A stretch of 64,000 bases of DNA from a virus. Lineage: Duplodnaviria; Caudoviricetes. Shown here in pieces: positions 37,607-48,984 of this stretch. Within the stretch, counting starts at the first letter, position 1, and every line of letters starts with the position of its first letter. The stretch spans positions 1 to 64,000 of IMG/VR virus record IMGVR_UViG_3300006467_000454; one strand, given 5' to 3'. Under the pieces are notes generated by a model. The model had not been told where the DNA came from, did no database searches, and was given only the letters and a program-made list of their open reading frames with translations. A program made the translations under genes and the position numbers.

Positions 37607-39823
37607 ATGGCTAAAAATTATATTGAATTCGTTTTTAATGATACTTTGATCACTTCATTACAGAATTGGATCAATCAACCAGATTCTTTGATAAAGGATT
37701 ATCAGAATTCTTCTGCTAGGGATTTCCTACAAGAAGTTGGGGAAAATGGGAAAACAAATTTACAGAGGATTTGGGAATCCTATACATTTGAAGAACAAGA
37801 AGCCCAGCAGACTAATTATAACGGTGGGCAAGGGCAATTGGATTTGATAAAGCCAGGAATTAAATTTGTTATTCCTAAGAGCAGGGTTAATAGTGAAACA
37901 ATATCTATTATAGGCAAAAATCAATTCCTTACCCAAGCTACGTTTGAAGCTTTTTGGTCTGCTAGATTAGAAGAACTGAGGAATGATATAAATTATTCCC
38001 CAATAGAGATTCCTGAAATTAATAGTGGTGTAAAATCCCAGACCACAAATTGCCGTGTATGGATTTGGATTAGGGCTTTAGACCGCATAATTGATGTGAG
38101 TTCTTTTGTGACTAGGTTGAGCACTTTTGTAGATGGGCAGAGTAATAATTTCAATCTCCAATTGCTACCATTCACAAGTTTTGGGGATATAGATTTCATA
38201 GGGCAAGAATCTTTTGTTAATTTTAATTTAAGGGGTCAGGATGGGAAAGAAAATATCCCATTTTTTGCTAAATTCTTACAACAAAATGATCTTGTGTTTA
38301 TCAGGTTTGAAACTTTGAAATTAGAACAAAGCAATGATATTGAAAATAGGAACCCTTTAGAAATAGGGGCGAGTGATGTTCCGAACAAAGTTTATGATAT
38401 GATTGGGCTTATAGATATCCCAAGGGAGACTACAACCCAGCAGAATAATTCTTCAATAGTTTCTGTTTCCGGAAGGGATTTCTTGAAGCTATTACAAGAA
38501 GATGGGAATTGGTTTTTCCCATTACGTTGGATGGAAAATTCTGAAACATTTTTTGCTGCAACACAAGATGAAGAAAATGGCTGGTTCCGTAGAAATATGG
38601 TGACTGGGGAATACAATTATTTGTTCTTTTACAATTATAGGAATATTCAAGATACATTAGGATTCATTTTAAACCAATTAGTCAATTTGGGTGTGATAGG
38701 GGACAGGAGAGGTCCGTTTTCTAATTACCCTGATGATAGAGTGACAAAAAGGTATGAGATAAGTCAGGATGATTCTAATTATCTAGAAGAAGTTGAAGCC
38801 AAAGGGGTTTGGAGGATTATAGAATTTGCAGTGGATAATTCTTCTTTAAATAGGGTTGTTTCTGATTCTTCATTTTCACAGCCTGATGGGACGATTTTAC
38901 AACAATTCAATAAAATATGTCAACCCCCATTTGTTGAATTTTTTGGGGATACTTATGGGGATAAATATGAGTTTATAGTTAGGCAGCCACCTTTCACGCA
39001 GAAAGATATTTTACAGTATTTAGAAAGTGAAAACGGGGTAATCACAATAGATGATTATTTTGATAAAGATCTTAATTATGATGAAAGATTCTTTTCTTGG
39101 TACCAATTAGAAGCCCAGCAATCAATAATCGGGACAACGGGGCAGGTTGCTTTGGCTTACCTTCCCATTGTGTATTTCCCTCAATATGCGGAAGTATTCG
39201 GGAATCATAGATTGAGCGTCGTGAGTAATTATATCCCAAGAAGTTCTATATTAGGGGATAAACAGACTATAAATCAAGATTTGTTTAGGGAAGCAATAGT
39301 AGAAGATTTTAGTTATTTAATTGAATCTAATTGTTACCTCCCATTTACAAGAACAGGGACTATCACTCTGTATGGGGATAGGCGAATTAAAAAGGGGACT
39401 TTCATAAGGTTTTCCCCAACTGGAGAAATATTTTATGTATCTTCTGTCAGGAATGATTTAGTCGCTGGTAGAGGCTCCGTAAGTAGGACTACAACAATTG
39501 AAGTATCTAGGGGGATGGTGGAAAAATTTATTCGTATTGCTTCTGTAAGTGATCAGCCTTCTGATGTGTCAATTAGTAATTTAGGGGGGACAACAATGAC
39601 AGGTGGGACGTTCAATATAAATGTGAATGCCACAACGCCAAAATTTAGTTATTTTAATATCATTGATACTAATTTAATTAGGTCGACGTTAATTAATAGA
39701 TTTGAATCTTCTAATGCGAATAGTAATCAACAAACTGTTAGAGAAAGGAGAGCCACAAAAACAAATTTCGGGGTTAACGAAGAAGTTTTCAATTTCTTTT
39801 TACAAAGGAGGCAATTTGTATGA
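37607..39823 (+). CDS. baseplate hub-like protein
   Basis: IGLID...VSGRDFLKLL, PPFVEFF, GTITL.GDRRIK.G. Confidence 0.65.
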   Translation: MAKNYIEFVFNDTLITSLQNWINQPDSLIKDYQNSSARDFLQEVGENGKTNLQRIWESYTFEEQEAQQTNYNGGQGQLDLIKPGIKFVIPKSRVNSETISIIGKNQFLTQATFEAFWSARLEELRNDINYSPIEIPEINSGVKSQTTNCRVWIWIRALDRIIDVSSFVTRLSTFVDGQSNNFNLQLLPFTSFGDIDFIGQESFVNFNLRGQDGKENIPFFAKFLQQNDLVFIRFETLKLEQSNDIENRNPLEIGASDVPNKVYDMIGLIDIPRETTTQQNNSSIVSVSGRDFLKLLQEDGNWFFPLRWMENSETFFAATQDEENGWFRRNMVTGEYNYLFFYNYRNIQDTLGFILNQLVNLGVIGDRRGPFSNYPDDRVTKRYEISQDDSNYLEEVEAKGVWRIIEFAVDNSSLNRVVSDSSFSQPDGTILQQFNKICQPPFVEFFGDTYGDKYEFIVRQPPFTQKDILQYLESENGVITIDDYFDKDLNYDERFFSWYQLEAQQSIIGTTGQVALAYLPIVYFPQYAEVFGNHRLSVVSNYIPRSSILGDKQTINQDLFREAIVEDFSYLIESNCYLPFTRTGTITLYGDRRIKKGTFIRFSPTGEIFYVSSVRNDLVAGRGSVSRTTTIEVSRGMVEKFIRIASVSDQPSDVSISNLGGTTMTGGTFNINVNATTPKFSYFNIIDTNLIRSTLINRFESSNANSNQQTVRERRATKTNFGVNEEVFNFFLQRRQFV

Positions 39824-40746
39824 ATAAAGGTTACGATATGAGTGGGGTGAGCCGCATGGGTGTTCACGGGCATGATTACCTTGTTGGTCGTGGTTATGTG
39901 ATTATCCCCCCGAATGTAGATAGGGGGCAGTATATCGCTTCGGCTTTACGGAGTGAGAAATTAGCTATTTCTCTAGAAAATGGTGGGAGTATTGCTTTGA
40001 ATACTTATATCACTAGAGAAGCCATTCAGGATATTGTTTTCCCAGAAACATCAGAAGAATTGGGGAGTTGCGTTTCTTACATTACAGTCCCCCCGTATAA
40101 TGTTAGGATTATAGTTGGTATTGTTGGGGACGAAGATGACTCCCAATTGTTACAGGAAGACGAATTTAGGAGAGAAAAGAAAACAAGTAGTGGTATTATA
40201 AGCATTTCTGGATTAGGGAGGCGAGGTGAGCTCCATTTAGATTTAGATGGTTTGAAAACTGAAAATGGTGGATTATTCATCAAGATAAAAAATGGGAGTC
40301 GGTCTGCCAAAATGAGGGTGGAAGTTTTGGGGGAATCTGAAATTTACACCGAAGGGAAATCTACAATATCTTCAGCGGATGAGATTGAGTTGAAAATAGT
40401 CGGCACAGAAAACCCTATCTCCATAAGGTACAAAAAGGGGGAAGGGCTTACATATACGGATGAATTTGAAAATTCAATAACAGTAAATGAAGATGTCGTA
40501 CAAATCCAACCAAATAGTGAATTCAAACTTTTTGAAGGTGAAGAAGCCATGATAAAAGGTGATGCCCTTGTAACCGAGTTAGAAAAGGCAAAAAATAGGA
40601 TTGATTCTATAATTAGTGCCTTACAAAATTCTGCAGTTGCATCTGGAGATGGAGGGGCGACTTATAAAACAAATATAACAACTGCTTTGGCTTCTTTAGA
40701 AGAAGAGGATTATTCTGAAGTAAAATCTACCAATTCATTTTTATAA
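39820..40746 (+). CDS. baseplate spike (gpV/gp5-like)
   Basis: N-terminal OB-like region, then beta-repeat-like sequence; synteny. Confidence 0.55.
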   Translation: MNKGYDMSGVSRMGVHGHDYLVGRGYVIIPPNVDRGQYIASALRSEKLAISLENGGSIALNTYITREAIQDIVFPETSEELGSCVSYITVPPYNVRIIVGIVGDEDDSQLLQEDEFRREKKTSSGIISISGLGRRGELHLDLDGLKTENGGLFIKIKNGSRSAKMRVEVLGESEIYTEGKSTISSADEIELKIVGTENPISIRYKKGEGLTYTDEFENSITVNEDVVQIQPNSEFKLFEGEEAMIKGDALVTELEKAKNRIDSIISALQNSAVASGDGGATYKTNITTALASLEEEDYSEVKSTNSFL

Positions 40747-40784
40747 GATGTATTTAATTTTTACCTTTATTAAAAAATAAGCAA

Positions 40785-41561
40785 ATGGGAATTTTATCAG
40801 CCAGTGAACAAATATTTAGGCGATATGATGATTTATTTCAATCAATAGGGAGGGCAGGACTTAATGCTTTGTTCCCTAATGAATTTGAAGTTTACATGGT
40901 TGCCCTAGAACTCGTAACATTTGACGGGCAGCTTATAGATTATTTATCTTTCCCGATCCTGCCTAAGACAATGTCCCAAAGGGAAATGAAGAGGGTTGAT
41001 GTTAAACAATCTCTACAGGGGATAGTGACAACAACATCTAATACTTTTACTCCCAAAGAATTAACAATGCAGGGTAATTTCGGGAGGGCTTTTAAAATAT
41101 TCTTAACACCTGAGATCCCCGCAACTGGGGCAGGATTTAGATTTAGTACTAGGAATGGGGTTTACACAGGACACCAAACAAATAATAACATCCCAAGAAT
41201 TTCCGTAGCTTCTTTTGATTCTACGGTTAAGACAGGTTATGGGTTGATCAAAATACTTCAGAGTATAATTGATAAGTCAACATCAATAGATGGTCGTGGG
41301 AGACCATTCAAATTATATTTCCATAACCCTACGATGGGGGAAAGTTGGTTGGCTATACCGACCCCAAACCCCTTAGTTATTAATCAAAGTGTTGATAATA
41401 ACATGATTCATTCATATGTTGTTAATTTAACTTTGTTAGCTCCGTTGGAAGCTTTAAGGGCAGAAGGGAGTTCTTCAAAATCACTAACAACGTTGGCTTC
41501 AACTAGCTTGATACAACAAGGGGTGAACACATTATCGAGAGATTTATCAAGATTATTATAA
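40785..41561 (+). CDS. baseplate/tube initiator protein
   Basis: FPILP..M, LTMQGNFG; synteny. Confidence 0.5.
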   Translation: MGILSASEQIFRRYDDLFQSIGRAGLNALFPNEFEVYMVALELVTFDGQLIDYLSFPILPKTMSQREMKRVDVKQSLQGIVTTTSNTFTPKELTMQGNFGRAFKIFLTPEIPATGAGFRFSTRNGVYTGHQTNNNIPRISVASFDSTVKTGYGLIKILQSIIDKSTSIDGRGRPFKLYFHNPTMGESWLAIPTPNPLVINQSVDNNMIHSYVVNLTLLAPLEALRAEGSSSKSLTTLASTSLIQQGVNTLSRDLSRLL

Positions 41562-42487
41562 TGGATGATTTGTTAAATGAATTTTTGAGAATAACGAAAT
41601 ACGATCTTCGGGTCTTCTTTGAAGGCTACGTTGATTTTGTGGGGAATAATTACCAAAATTTTATAGAATATTATTCTGGAGAGGCAGAAATTGACAGGGA
41701 GTCAATAGACAAATTAGCTTCATTACGGGCGGAAGCAATTAGAATTGATGAATTATTCAATATTCATTCAAGAAATCTCACTGCCACCACTGAGTTTTGG
41801 GATTTATTGGAAAGGTTTGAAGATGTAAGTATTAAACTTGATACGATTTTCAACACTCCTAAATGGTTAAGGAGTAATCTTACTGCTGGAGTTTATGAAC
41901 CTAATGTCAATTTTACTAGGGTTTTAAAACAGAATGAAACTTTTGAAGATGTAGCGGATTCTTTAGGGTTTGAAGATCCGGATAATGATTGGGTATCTTT
42001 AGCATTAAAGAATGATATCAACGAAGAAAAATATACTGCTTCCGGAGGAAGAATTCTCAGTGTTTCTTTGCAGAATAATTCCACAGTGAATGTGAGGTCG
42101 GTTGTAGATAGTATCGTTGGGAAAAGAATTTATGGGGCGGATATCCAGAAGAAGATAGAATTTACCCGAGGAGATGATGGGGATTTAGTTTTTTTGAATA
42201 ATGATGAAACGATTAACCAAGCTTTTTCAATTTTACTTGGTATAAACAGGGGTGGTGTGCCTGAGTTCCCACAAGATGGGATTGATAAAAGGGCTTTTGT
42301 AGGTGTGAATTTCAATTCTATTTCATTCCCTTCAATTTTCAGGCAATTGGTTCAACTATTCAATAAGGATGATACATTTAATTCTTTAAATATCGTAAAC
42401 GTAACACAGCAGTTAGATTCTACTATCATAGAGGTTAGTGCTGAGACAAAATTGGGGGAAACTATCACAGGAGAATTAATAGTATGA
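41561..42487 (+). CDS. baseplate wedge protein (LysM-like + gp25-like)
   Basis: ETFEDVA...W...ALKN; YGADI, DL......TINQ, G.VPEFP.DG. Confidence 0.6.
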   Translation: MDDLLNEFLRITKYDLRVFFEGYVDFVGNNYQNFIEYYSGEAEIDRESIDKLASLRAEAIRIDELFNIHSRNLTATTEFWDLLERFEDVSIKLDTIFNTPKWLRSNLTAGVYEPNVNFTRVLKQNETFEDVADSLGFEDPDNDWVSLALKNDINEEKYTASGGRILSVSLQNNSTVNVRSVVDSIVGKRIYGADIQKKIEFTRGDDGDLVFLNNDETINQAFSILLGINRGGVPEFPQDGIDKRAFVGVNFNSISFPSIFRQLVQLFNKDDTFNSLNIVNVTQQLDSTIIEVSAETKLGETITGELIV

Positions 42488-43641
42488 TCACAAGACCGTC
42501 AACGACTACTGAATTAAAAGAACTATTGATTGAAATATTCGTTAATAGGCAGAATAAGGTCACGAAAGTTTCGGATGAGAGCGTATTGAATGCGATCTTT
42601 TATGGTATCGCAAAAGTCGCCCAAAAGGCTGAGAAGGATATTGCAATAACTGAATCAAGGTTGTTCCCAGATAATGCAAGTGGGGAGATATTAGATCAGG
42701 TTGCTTCTACTTTTGGGATATCCCCAAGGTTTGGTGCTTCCGGATCATCGACATATGTACGTGTTTTTGCAGATCCTGGGACACAATATACAATTGCGGG
42801 ACATACCTTTTCCAGTACCAGTGGGATACAATTCCAAGTTGAAGAAGACACAACAGTCGATACAACAGGTTTTGCATATATTAAAGTCCGTAGTGTAGAT
42901 ACTGGGGCGAAAACTAATGTCAACGCAATTTCTATCAACACAGTTAGCCCAGAACCAACAGGACATCGATCAGTAACAAATGAGTATGCTGCTTTTGGTG
43001 GCAGGGATGCTGAACAGGATGATGTTTTTAGGCAAAGGATTAAGGATAATCCAAATGTTGTAGCCCAAAGAACAGTTGCTAATTTAGTAGAAGTTTTTAG
43101 GGGAATAAATAATGATGTTTTGGACGTTATCCGTGAAGGGATCAGCACTGATGGAAAATTAATTTTATCGGTTGTTAGCCAAAATGGTGTTGATTTTACT
43201 TCAACCGAATTGGATGGGCTCTTAGAAGGGGTGGTAAATTTCTTATCACTCACAGAATTAAGGCAAACTGGGGATAATTTTAGTGTCCAAATAAAAAATG
43301 TTGAATGGTTCCCTATCGATGTTGATTTTAGGTTAGATATTTTTAATAACTTTAACCCAGATGATGTCCGTAAGGATATCCAAACTCAGTTCAGTAAACA
43401 ATTGGATTTTAGATTTTGGAAATCTACCGATAGGGTAGAATGGGATGATTTATTGGGTATCGTGAAAAATGTGAATGGTGTGAGATTTGTCCCAGATCAA
43501 TTTTTCAGCCCAAGAGTAGATATCTCAGTACCAAATACAATGTTACCTAGATTTAGATCTTTTATCATGAGGGATTTACAAGGGAATATAATTTCGGATT
43601 CACAAGGGATTTTAAGCCCTGTTTTTTACCCAGTACAATAA
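42484..43641 (+). CDS. baseplate J-like wedge protein
   Basis: ASGE.LD.VA..FGI, V.S..TG..TNV, AFGG.D.E.D..FRQRI. Confidence 0.85.
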   Translation: MITRPSTTTELKELLIEIFVNRQNKVTKVSDESVLNAIFYGIAKVAQKAEKDIAITESRLFPDNASGEILDQVASTFGISPRFGASGSSTYVRVFADPGTQYTIAGHTFSSTSGIQFQVEEDTTVDTTGFAYIKVRSVDTGAKTNVNAISINTVSPEPTGHRSVTNEYAAFGGRDAEQDDVFRQRIKDNPNVVAQRTVANLVEVFRGINNDVLDVIREGISTDGKLILSVVSQNGVDFTSTELDGLLEGVVNFLSLTELRQTGDNFSVQIKNVEWFPIDVDFRLDIFNNFNPDDVRKDIQTQFSKQLDFRFWKSTDRVEWDDLLGIVKNVNGVRFVPDQFFSPRVDISVPNTMLPRFRSFIMRDLQGNIISDSQGILSPVFYPVQ

Positions 43642-43642
43642 A

Positions 43643-43942
43643 ATGGCAGCGGAAACAAGAGTATTACCTACAATTACACAGATTAATGTCTCTGGTAATC
43701 AAATAAGTATTTTGACTTATTATAGCCAGAGCCAAGAGGTTATCACTGCTTTTATTTCTGAATTGCAGCAATCTATTGGGGGTGTCAATTTCATTGAAGG
43801 GGAAGGTGGTATCACAGTACAAGGTGTGGAACTGAATTTCTTTGTTAACAGTGATGATGATGGGGACTTAATTGTAATCGGCGAAAATGCAGGCCAGTTT
43901 TCTTTAGATGAAGATACTGGCCAATTAGTACAAAATACTTAA
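43643..43942 (+). CDS. small structural protein
   Basis: Coupled ORF before the tail fibre gene. Confidence 0.55.
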   Translation: MAAETRVLPTITQINVSGNQISILTYYSQSQEVITAFISELQQSIGGVNFIEGEGGITVQGVELNFFVNSDDDGDLIVIGENAGQFSLDEDTGQLVQNT

Positions 43943-46900
43943 TGGCAACGATAAATTTAGGATGGATAAAATCTATTAAAAGAGGATCTACACCACCGAC
44001 CAACTTAGAGATGCTCTGGTATGATACTAACTTGACAGGGAGTGGTATCAAAATAAAATATTACGATGAAGTTTTGGGGCTTTGGTTGTTAACAGCTATT
44101 GATATTGATAACGAATCATTGCAGTTTGACTCTAGCAGTAAGGTTGAGGTTAATAGATCTGATGATGTTAATTCTAATAGTTCTAACATTTTAGCATCTA
44201 CTGCTTTGACTAATCAATTACAGCAGCTGATCACACCGAATACAACTTATCGAAATATTGGGCATATTCCGTTATCCCAAAAAGGGGCAACAGATGGTGT
44301 AGCAACATTGGGTTCAGACACAAGAATTCCAGCAGCCCAAATGCCTTTGACCCCTACTTTTGACCAAATTACTTTAAATAACGCTGCCACTATGCCAAGT
44401 GGTGCTGTAAGGTTGGATCAATTGAATAGTGCAATCTTAGGGCAGCATTGGCAAACACCAGCGGATGATATTTTATCAACTCCACCAACTTCACCCGTTT
44501 TGGATTCAAGGTATATTATTAATCCAACTGGGACTGGTGCTTGGGCTGGGCATGATAATGAAATCGCCCAATGGAATGGGGCAGATTGGGATTTTACAAC
44601 ACCACAAGAAGGTTGGACTCTTTGGGTTAGGGATGTTGATACTAACTACAATTACAATGGTACAGCTTGGGTTGAGTTTGGGACGACTGTAACTCACAAT
44701 AATTTAACGGGGCTACAAGGGGGTCAAGCAGGTGAATATTATCACTTGACAGCAGCTCAGCACGCAGCAGCTATCACTACCCCTACCCTTCAAACTGTTA
44801 CAGTTGCAGGGGCTACATCAGATCAAGATTTAATACTTACAGGGGGGATATCTTCAACAGCAAGTGGAAGTAATTCTGAGAGATTTGGAGATGGAGCTTT
44901 GGCTAATGTTGTTGCTTTAGATGGTAATGGGTTTTACAATACTGCTTTTGGTAAAAATGCTCTGAATTCCCTTAACAATGGATTCAGGAATACAGCATTT
45001 GGGGAAGCAGCGTTGCAAAGTGCTACGACAGCTTCGAGTTGTTCTGCTTTTGGTAGATTTGCGCTTGGTGGGGGTGTCCTCACAGGTTCGAATAATTCAG
45101 CATTCGGAATTTCTGCTTTAGCGAGTGCAACATCAGGTGCAAATAATGACGCATTTGGGAATTCTGCTTTAGGTGCTACTACAACAGGAGAAAGTAATTG
45201 TGCTTTTGGTGGGACAACGATGAGTTCTAATACAACTGGATCTTTTAATTCTGCCTTTGGTAGATCAGCCCTCAGCCAAAATAGAGAGGGAACAAATAAC
45301 ACTGCAATTGGATTTGAAGCGTTAAGGAATTCAAGACCTACAAGTGGCACTATGGATAATTCTACAGCAGTAGGGTATCAAGCAGGGATAAATCAGCAAG
45401 GTGATAATAACTTATTCTTAGGTTATAGGGCAGGATATCACGCTTCAAATATCACAAGTTTCACTAATTCAGTTGCAATTGGTGCTAATTCAAATATAGA
45501 TGCGAGTAACCAAATTGTATTTGGGGATGCAAATGTTACTGAGATAAAAACTGCAGCCTCATTCAATAGTTCAAATGCTTCCCCAATAGGGTCGGCTCCT
45601 GGGGGAACAAATGTCCCTTCTGGATCTGTATTAAGGGCTGATGGGTCCGGAGGGTCTTCTTGGCAACAATCTTCTGGGTATGAAACTTTTGTAGTAGGCA
45701 CTTATAACGAACTTACTTCTGCTCTTACTTCTGCACAGACAGCAGGGGCAGGGTTGATATTATTTTCTGCAGATATTGCGGTCCCTGCAACCACAGTTAT
45801 GAATTACGATTATTCAGGTGTTACAATTGACCTTGGTGGGTTTGCATTAGATTTAGGTTCGAATGCTAGAATTTCTCACCAATCAAGTAATGATAGGAGT
45901 ATGGTTCTATTCACTAATGGTGCCATACGGGGGGATGTAACATCAACAAGCAAGTTATTCTTCGAAACTGTAACAACTGGGTATTGTAGGGTTGTATTTG
46001 ATGATATAAGTTTCGATAACATTGTTCAAAATGATGATGCATCTAGAACCAATAACCATATCCAATTAAGTTCTACAACAGGAAGGAGTACAAGAATTGA
46101 ATTCTTAAGAAATATAATTTTCACTAATAATGAAGATATTTCCGCAGGGCAACTTGAAATTAGGAATGTTGCATCATTTGAGCTTCACGTTGTTACATTA
46201 TTCAACAAATATGTAACTGATACAGAAAGAACGAATAGGATTGCAATTGTAGGTTCTTCACCTGCACAATTAGCTGATTCTGACATATTAAATGATGGTA
46301 GTTGGGATGTAGTTTCTATAACTGGGAGTTTGGCGATTTCAGAATTTAATCTCTATGATTTCACGTCAGGAACACCAACCTTACAGCAGGTTACAACTGC
46401 TGGTGCTTCTACAACAGATGGGATAACAATTGGGGATACATTGAATTTAGGGGCTGGAACTAATACTGTGAATAAAACTATATTCGCAAATAATGGGGAT
46501 GCCAGTAAACCTGCGATTAGATATAATGAAACTACCAATGCTTGGCAGTTTTCTGACGATGGATCAATATTCACAAATTTTGGTGGGGGTGCCGTTGCAT
46601 CATTATCTCCTGAAGTTACTGATACTTATAGGGATTATACAGATCATTTGACTGTAACAGGAATAATCGGATCAGATGTGATGCAAGGCTTAACCTATTT
46701 CAATGGATTTTGGTATTGGGGTCAAAACTTAGGTGCTGGGGTTAATGGTAGGATTTATAAGATTAACGCAACAACTGGGGCTGTTGATTCTAACTTTGCA
46801 GGACCCCCTCACGCTGCTACAGGTGATGTCAGGGAAGACCATAATACTATGATCTGGGGATCTGGTGGTGATGATGTACCTGCTGCTTGGGAAATAGATG

Positions 46901-47808
46901 GGAATGGGACTCTTATCAGGCAATGGACATTTACTGGGACTACTTACAACAGGGGTGGTGCGGTTGTTTATGTTAGTGAAAATAAAATTTTATTATATTC
47001 TTCATCGAATTGGAATTTTGATTTACGAGAAGTTACAATTAATGATGATGGCACTTGGGTTTACGGATCAGTTGTCGCAACTGGAACTCGTAGTATGGGT
47101 AGACCTCAAGGATTTGATTATAAAGATGGATTCCTTTACTACCTTTGTGATGAGTATAATATAGCTGCCGATTCCGCAGATGAAACTGTAAAAGTCATTT
47201 ACAAGTTAAGGATGCCAGATGCAAGTGGTCCTGTTGAAGTTGTGAATGCTTGGAAATATCAGACTGGTACAACATTTGATGAAGCGGAAGGATTAACTTT
47301 CGTTGGGGATGAACTATATTTTGGGGCACATGATTCTAAGAAAATTAGGCAAGCCCATTTCCCTACAACAAGCCGAAGTGTAACAACTAATTATTTACAC
47401 ATTGGGGAAGAGAGGTTAGCAGGGATTAGTTTAGCTGCATTGATTGAAGGTGATGTTACATCCACTGGGGTATTCAGGGGAGATAACATTTGGCCAGTAA
47501 ATTACCGAACTTTGTCAGGGACTTCAGTAAGTATGAATGCAAGCACTTCACTCAATGCGATAATTACCCTATCCGCTGCCACAACCACAATAAATATGAG
47601 TGGTTTAGTTAGTGGGATGAGTGGTAATATAATCGTGAATCAGGATGCTACTGGGGGGAGATTATTAGCTATAACCCCGACCCCTAAAGTAATCAATGGT
47701 GGAGGTGGAAATATTCCATTAACAAGCGCAGCTAATGCTAGGGATATTGTATCTTGGACTTATGATGGCACTAATTTGAATGTGAATGTAGGACCTAATT
47801 ATACTTAA
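43942..47808 (+). CDS. long modular tail fibre/receptor-binding protein
   Basis: DUF2793-like TGAWAGHDNEIAQW...PQEGW; 14-aa N.AFG..AL beta-roll repeats; propeller-like region; C-terminal QDATGGR. Confidence 0.8.
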   Translation: MATINLGWIKSIKRGSTPPTNLEMLWYDTNLTGSGIKIKYYDEVLGLWLLTAIDIDNESLQFDSSSKVEVNRSDDVNSNSSNILASTALTNQLQQLITPNTTYRNIGHIPLSQKGATDGVATLGSDTRIPAAQMPLTPTFDQITLNNAATMPSGAVRLDQLNSAILGQHWQTPADDILSTPPTSPVLDSRYIINPTGTGAWAGHDNEIAQWNGADWDFTTPQEGWTLWVRDVDTNYNYNGTAWVEFGTTVTHNNLTGLQGGQAGEYYHLTAAQHAAAITTPTLQTVTVAGATSDQDLILTGGISSTASGSNSERFGDGALANVVALDGNGFYNTAFGKNALNSLNNGFRNTAFGEAALQSATTASSCSAFGRFALGGGVLTGSNNSAFGISALASATSGANNDAFGNSALGATTTGESNCAFGGTTMSSNTTGSFNSAFGRSALSQNREGTNNTAIGFEALRNSRPTSGTMDNSTAVGYQAGINQQGDNNLFLGYRAGYHASNITSFTNSVAIGANSNIDASNQIVFGDANVTEIKTAASFNSSNASPIGSAPGGTNVPSGSVLRADGSGGSSWQQSSGYETFVVGTYNELTSALTSAQTAGAGLILFSADIAVPATTVMNYDYSGVTIDLGGFALDLGSNARISHQSSNDRSMVLFTNGAIRGDVTSTSKLFFETVTTGYCRVVFDDISFDNIVQNDDASRTNNHIQLSSTTGRSTRIEFLRNIIFTNNEDISAGQLEIRNVASFELHVVTLFNKYVTDTERTNRIAIVGSSPAQLADSDILNDGSWDVVSITGSLAISEFNLYDFTSGTPTLQQVTTAGASTTDGITIGDTLNLGAGTNTVNKTIFANNGDASKPAIRYNETTNAWQFSDDGSIFTNFGGGAVASLSPEVTDTYRDYTDHLTVTGIIGSDVMQGLTYFNGFWYWGQNLGAGVNGRIYKINATTGAVDSNFAGPPHAATGDVREDHNTMIWGSGGDDVPAAWEIDGNGTLIRQWTFTGTTYNRGGAVVYVSENKILLYSSSNWNFDLREVTINDDGTWVYGSVVATGTRSMGRPQGFDYKDGFLYYLCDEYNIAADSADETVKVIYKLRMPDASGPVEVVNAWKYQTGTTFDEAEGLTFVGDELYFGAHDSKKIRQAHFPTTSRSVTTNYLHIGEERLAGISLAALIEGDVTSTGVFRGDNIWPVNYRTLSGTSVSMNASTSLNAIITLSAATTTINMSGLVSGMSGNIIVNQDATGGRLLAITPTPKVINGGGGNIPLTSAANARDIVSWTYDGTNLNVNVGPNYT

Positions 47809-47809
47809 A

Positions 47810-48946
47810 ATGGGGAATAATGTAATGTTTTTCGGGCACAACAGGGTGTTCGGTACAGGACCTGCCGAGAACCAAGCGAGGGTAACTATTCGTGCTGCTA
47901 GGAGAATTACTTCTACTAGCGTACGATTTAGTGTCCTCCTTACGATAGATCAACCATTATCTGTTGTTTCGGATATTAGGGTTAGCCTATCAAGACCAGG
48001 AGGGGGTATATTCACCCTGTTTTATAATATCCCAATTGGGGCGTATTCTGATACAGTAGATATATTGATGACGGATGCACCTACGGATAACACTTTTGTT
48101 GCAACTGCGGAAATAACAACAATTAACACCGCTGGTGTTACAGGTTTAGGGAACACTGATACTATTTCTCCATCTGATATCCCTGATATTGCTTCCCCTA
48201 CATTTGTTGTAGCAAGTAGTTCAGTTGGGGATTCATCCCCAAGGGGCATGGCTTTCAGTTTAGATGGGTCTAAGATGTTCGTGATGGGGGGAACAGCAGA
48301 TAGCGTAAGGGAATTTAACTTGCCTACTCCATATTCTGTTTCAACGATATCGTTTACTAATGTCACCGTAAATGTTAATCCTCAAGACCAATTCCCAAGG
48401 GGCGTCAGATTTAACAATGACGGTAGAAGAATGTATATTACAGGTAGTGACCTTGATACCGTGGCGCAATATAATTTATCAACCCCTTGGGTTTTGAATA
48501 CTGCGGTTTTTAATAATCAAATAGCTGTAACTGCCCAAGATGGAACTCCAAGATCTTTATTTTTCCGGAATGATGGGGAGAAAATGTGGGTTGTAGGCAC
48601 TGATAATGATACTATTTTCGAATATGATTTATCAACCGCTTGGGAAATATCAACAGCAACTTATAACAATGTATCAATGGCTCTTAACACTGCTAACACA
48701 AATCCGGAAGGTGTGTCTATTGATCCTTCGGGGTTAAGAATTTGGGCTACTGATGATACTAATGACAGGATATATCAATATGACCTAACTACGGCATTCG
48801 ATATAACAACAATGGTTTATAATAATGTTTCATTTTCCACAGCATCCCAAGCCAGCCAGCCAAGAGATGTTGTCTTCAGCTTAGATGGGTCTAAGATGTT
48901 TATAATGGATGGAAATTTAGACAGGGTAAACGAGTATAATGTATAA
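47810..48946 (+). CDS. beta-propeller protein associated with the tail fibre
   Basis: About 50-aa repeats PR...F..DG.KM.V.G...D.V..Y.L.T.W. Confidence 0.75.
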   Translation: MGNNVMFFGHNRVFGTGPAENQARVTIRAARRITSTSVRFSVLLTIDQPLSVVSDIRVSLSRPGGGIFTLFYNIPIGAYSDTVDILMTDAPTDNTFVATAEITTINTAGVTGLGNTDTISPSDIPDIASPTFVVASSSVGDSSPRGMAFSLDGSKMFVMGGTADSVREFNLPTPYSVSTISFTNVTVNVNPQDQFPRGVRFNNDGRRMYITGSDLDTVAQYNLSTPWVLNTAVFNNQIAVTAQDGTPRSLFFRNDGEKMWVVGTDNDTIFEYDLSTAWEISTATYNNVSMALNTANTNPEGVSIDPSGLRIWATDDTNDRIYQYDLTTAFDITTMVYNNVSFSTASQASQPRDVVFSLDGSKMFIMDGNLDRVNEYNV

Positions 48947-48984
48947 TTATTAGTATATTTAAATAAATTTTAAATAATTGTAAA

